Assembly: GCA_963841915.1 (NCBI GenBank)
Contig: CAWJEN010000005.1
Coordinates: 352,001-416,000 of the forward strand
DNA length: 64,000 nucleotides
Direction: 5' to 3'
Origin: an uncultured Planctomycetota bacterium
GTDB taxonomy: Bacteria > Planctomycetota > Phycisphaerae > Tepidisphaerales > Tepidisphaeraceae
Both the position numbers and the translations under genes were made by a program. The notes under the pieces are model-generated. The model had not been told where the DNA came from. It worked only from the letters and a program-made list of their open reading frames with translations, and did no database searches. This document shows, piece by piece, positions 60,748 through 64,000 of this stretch. Position 1 is the first letter of the stretch. Each line of letters opens with the position of its first letter.

Positions 60748-62367
60748 GTGAATCTGCTCCGCCTCGCATCTCGCCACCGCACAAAGACCCGACGCGTCAT
60801 CCCACGCGCTCGGCGTGACTTGTCGCCGGCACAGCTGTTCGTCCTGAGTTTCGTCGGCCTTGTGGTCGCCGGTGCCGTCGGCTTCCGCGTGCTACCTGGG
60901 CTTTACGCCCCCGGGGCCGATCGGCTGTCGTGGATCGACGCGCTCTTCACCTCGACCAGTGCCGTCTGCGTGACCGGCCTCATCGTCGTCGACACCGCCA
61001 CCCACTTCTCCAGGCTCGGGCAGGCATACGTCCTGCTGCTCATCCAGCTCGGCGGCCTCGGCATGCTCGGGCTCGCCAGCTTCGTCATCCTGACCTTCCG
61101 CGCCCGACTTTCGCTACGACAAGACTCCATCGCCTCGGGTGGCGGCGCAGGCGGGCCCAGCCAAAATGTGCGCACGCGGACGCTCGTTCGCGACGTGCTG
61201 CTCTTCACCTTCTTGGCAGAGTTCATCGGCTTCGTCGCCTTATGGCTGCTGTGGATCGACGACTTCGGCACCATGCACGCCGCTTGGCACGCTTTGTTCC
61301 ACTCGGTCAGCGCCTTCTGCAACGCCGGCTTCAGCACGTTCAGCGACTCGCTCGTCGGCTTCCAACGCGAGCCGCTCACGCTGCTCGTCATCTCCGGTGG
61401 CGTCATCGTCGGCGGCATCGGATTCCTCGCTCTCGAAGAGCTTCGCCTCTGGCTGCGAGCCTGGCGAAAAACCGACGTTGCCCAGTTTCGCCTGTCGCTT
61501 CATACAAGGCTCGTACTCGCCACGACGCTCGTGCTGCTCCTGATCGGCTTTGTCCTCTTCGGTGCTCTCGAGTGGAACAACCCGCAGACGATCGGCCCGA
61601 TGAGCACGATCGACAAGCTCAAAAACGCCTTCTTCATGAGCGTCACGCCCCGAACGGCAGGCTTCAACACGATCGACTACGGGCAGACCCTTCAGGCCAC
61701 GAACTTTACGACCATCCTCTTCATGTCCATCGGCGGAGCCCCGGGCGGCACGGCGGGCGGGCTCAAGGTCACCACCGTCGCTGTCCTCGTCATGATGGCC
61801 TGGTCACGCCTCAAGGCCCGCGCGACCGTCGACGTCTGGGACCGCACGATCCCGTCTGTCACCACGCTGCGAGCGGTCGGATTGTTCGCCTTCAGCTTCG
61901 CCCTCGTGACGGCGGGCATCTTCATGGCAGCCGTCGTGGAGCTCGATCAACGCAGCGAGCAGACGGTCGCGCTGGAGGCCGACGGCTCAGCGACAGCCGT
62001 CGACCTTGCGCCGGAGCAGCCGTTCTCCCCGGCCACGATGCCCTCGACGCAGCCGGCCAGCACGCAACCGTCGACCCAGCCGGCCCAGGAACCACCCGCC
62101 CGCGACGTCCGCCCCGTTCCGCCGGTCCGCCCGATCGAGCCGACCGCCTTCCTAGACGTAATGTTCGAGGCCGTCAGCGCATTCAACACGGTCGGCCTCT
62201 CCACCGGCATTACGCCCAGCCTGACCGACTCAGGTCGCGTGCTGACGATCCTGCTCATGTTCGTCGGCCGTGTCGGCCCCCTCACCATCGCCGCCGCGCT
62301 GAGCCGCAACCTGCCCACCAGCCGCAGCTTCAAGCGCTACGCCCACGAAGACGTCGCAGTGGGCTGA
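60748..62367 (+). CDS. TrkH/KtrB potassium uptake protein
   Basis: Four pore loops: SAVCVTGL, SAFCNAGFS, PRTAGFN, SAFNTVGLS; MFVGRVGP. Confidence 0.93.
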   Translation: MNLLRLASRHRTKTRRVIPRARRDLSPAQLFVLSFVGLVVAGAVGFRVLPGLYAPGADRLSWIDALFTSTSAVCVTGLIVVDTATHFSRLGQAYVLLLIQLGGLGMLGLASFVILTFRARLSLRQDSIASGGGAGGPSQNVRTRTLVRDVLLFTFLAEFIGFVALWLLWIDDFGTMHAAWHALFHSVSAFCNAGFSTFSDSLVGFQREPLTLLVISGGVIVGGIGFLALEELRLWLRAWRKTDVAQFRLSLHTRLVLATTLVLLLIGFVLFGALEWNNPQTIGPMSTIDKLKNAFFMSVTPRTAGFNTIDYGQTLQATNFTTILFMSIGGAPGGTAGGLKVTTVAVLVMMAWSRLKARATVDVWDRTIPSVTTLRAVGLFAFSFALVTAGIFMAAVVELDQRSEQTVALEADGSATAVDLAPEQPFSPATMPSTQPASTQPSTQPAQEPPARDVRPVPPVRPIEPTAFLDVMFEAVSAFNTVGLSTGITPSLTDSGRVLTILLMFVGRVGPLTIAAALSRNLPTSRSFKRYAHEDVAVG

Positions 62368-62561
62368 GCTCGTGGTTCTTTTCATTGAGCCGCAAGCGAC
62401 CTGAAGGCATCAATCCCCAATTGGGCACAGGGTCTTCTTTCTGCTCTCGGATGACATGCCTCCCACGCCTGCCGTTAAAGTTCTGCCTCCTATCCGGGTG
62501 CATGCCTCCCTTGCCACGCCGCTACCCGCCGCGTCGCCCCGCCGACAGGTACACGTCTTCC

Positions 62562-62590
62562 AGACGTGCCCGCGACCCCTTTACCTGCCC
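62562..62590 (-). repeat. Isolated variant copy of the 53.5-54.1 kb REP-like repeat
   Basis: Minus strand reads GGGCAGGTAAAGGGGTCGCGGGCACGTCT. Confidence 0.65.
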
Positions 62591-62686
62591 GATAACGGTC
62601 GCCCCGCAGGCATTGCGGTAGAAGTCGGCCGGCCCCGCGCCGCCTATCCTGGCGTAGGCGTAACCGGCCGCTTGCATGGCGTGGAG
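62591..62686 (-). pseudogene. C-terminal fragment of a GNAT acetyltransferase
   Basis: Translates LHAMQAAGYAYARIGGAGPADFYRNACGATVI, a recognisable GNAT C-terminal segment. Confidence 0.7.
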
Positions 62687-62687
62687 A

Positions 62688-62798
62688 CCCGGTGCCACGG
62701 CTTGAGCCGCCGTCTGAGGCGGGCAAGCCGTGTAGGGTTAGGAGCGTCACGGACACGGGTTGCCCGCATCGGAATGCGGCTCAATCCGTGGCACCGGG
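62688..62798. repeat. REPIN-like element: 46-bp imperfect inverted repeats, each internally palindromic
   Basis: Arms 62688-62733 and 62753-62798 (CCCGGTGCCACGG...CCGTGT / ACACGG...CCGTGGCACCGGG). Confidence 0.85.
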
Positions 62799-63467
62799 CT
62801 TACTGGCGGCTACTACCTTCGTGCGCCCGCACCGGTGAAGACGCTGACCACGTTTGACCCCGTCAACCGTCCTTCCGGCATTCCCTTCTTCGACACGATC
62901 ATCCGCAACACGATCCAAGGCACGGGCCCGCTGCGGTCGAACGTCAATCGCTTCGTGAACCTGTTCCAAGGCGAGAATAACGGCAAGAGCCCGGCGGACG
63001 GCGTGGACGATCCGACCTCACCCTTCAGCTTCACCCGCTTCGGCACGAGCGAGCCGCGGCCCGGCCACGGCGAGCGACCCGACGAACCTGGCTGGCAGGA
63101 CGTTACTGCCGCCACGGCAGCACCGGGCTCCGGTGCCTGGAACATGCTCCAGCCGTCCTTCACCGGCAATGCCTTCGACGCCTCGGCAGCTGCCGACGTG
63201 GTGCAGATCGACGTCAACCGCAGCGGCGGGGAAGACCCGGGTGTCGCGGGCAACGAATATGCGTGGAAGGACCGCTTCTACTACACGAACAACTTCTACC
63301 TTGACGGCACGGGACAGACCTACGGCCCCAGCGCCTTCAATGACAACGGCGGCGTGTATGGTCGTCACGCCAACCATACGCTGATCGTGCCCTACGCCTA
63401 CGAGTGGCTCTTCGCCGAGATGACCGGCTATGAGCAGGACTATCACCAATACGTGGTGCAGCGATGA
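62799..63467 (+). pseudogene. 5'-truncated ORF, possible alpha/beta-hydrolase-like C-terminal domain
   Basis: Genome-like codon usage starts right after the REPIN; VKTLTTFDPV...NVNRFVNLFQ...NHTLI; no convincing start codon. Confidence 0.5.
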
Positions 63468-64000
63468 GGCAAGTGATCTACCTCCTAAGCGTTCTTCTCA
63501 TGGTCTCAACAGGCTGCTCCAGCCGTCAGCGTCCGACACTTGCGGACGAGCGGATGCCGGAACTTTCGCAGCGAATGGGGCTGGGACAGGAATGGAGTGT
63601 ACGAGGTAACACATAAGATCGAAGTGAGAGGAAGTAAGGAGTTCAACACCACCCTTATCCTCCATGCTCCAGGAGTCAGCAATCCTGTCGGGGTGTCGAC
63701 AGATACGTTCCTTGCTCCCGGCACTCGCCTCCGCACGGATCACGTATGGTTCACACCACCTGAAAAAGGAGTTGGTGTGGCGTCAAGCGTCATCGTCACG
63801 ATGAGGGTGCTACCGGATCACCCCTTCGACCTGCCGCTTTCGCCTGGCAACCTACCCCTGAACTGGATCGCCGCCGGCCAGACGGGCCGGGCTAACGCCT
63901 ACCTCTTACCGGCCAGCCATGCCCGGCTCGTGGAGGATCACGAGCGGACGCCGGAGGATCTAGATCGTGCCCCTGACGAAGAAGCAGGAATGGCCCAAGG
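63464..64000 (+). CDS. Lipoprotein, apparently frameshifted, partial at the right edge
   Basis: ATGA overlap with the upstream stop; MRQVIYLLSVLLMVSTGC lipobox; stop at 63616 while the +1 frame is open from 63489 to 64000. Confidence 0.55.

Noticed and set aside
60930..62621. 563-aa Arg-rich ORF overlapping ktrB
   Set aside because: Alternate-frame shadow with R/P/H-rich composition and no family signal.

Overview
GC-rich bacterial chromosome segment, most likely Planctomycetota, class Phycisphaerae (Tepidisphaerales-like). Support: LEPR-XLL-type leader motifs, a prepilin-type/H-X9-DG protein, ATQP/STQP linkers, a large planctomycete-type sigma factor and a stand-alone tRNA-Ile(GAT). Bases 3.2-19.8 kb carry the S10-spc-alpha ribosomal protein cluster on the minus strand. 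It lacks rpmD, adk, infA and rpsD, has a Zn-independent S14, a greatly extended RGG-containing S5, and a long structured rpsJ-rplC spacer. The rest holds housekeeping genes (argB/argF, coaX, recQ, sodA, fba, purA, TrkH/KtrB), divergent orphan RnfC/RnfD-like genes, a short MnmE-like GTPase, two large exported-type proteins and two tRNAs. Non-coding highlights: five parS palindromes (origin-proximal region); a candidate C-rich small RNA with a near-consensus promoter and terminator; many apparently leaderless genes; and REP-like repeats that precisely bound gene fragments (a 78-bp HUH/RAYT transposase piece inside a direct-repeat array, a GNAT piece, and a lipase-like piece next to a lipoprotein). 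Three apparent +1 frameshifts (rplQ tail, recQ, last lipoprotein) suggest assembly indels. All family calls come from motif recognition by eye; no database searches were run.
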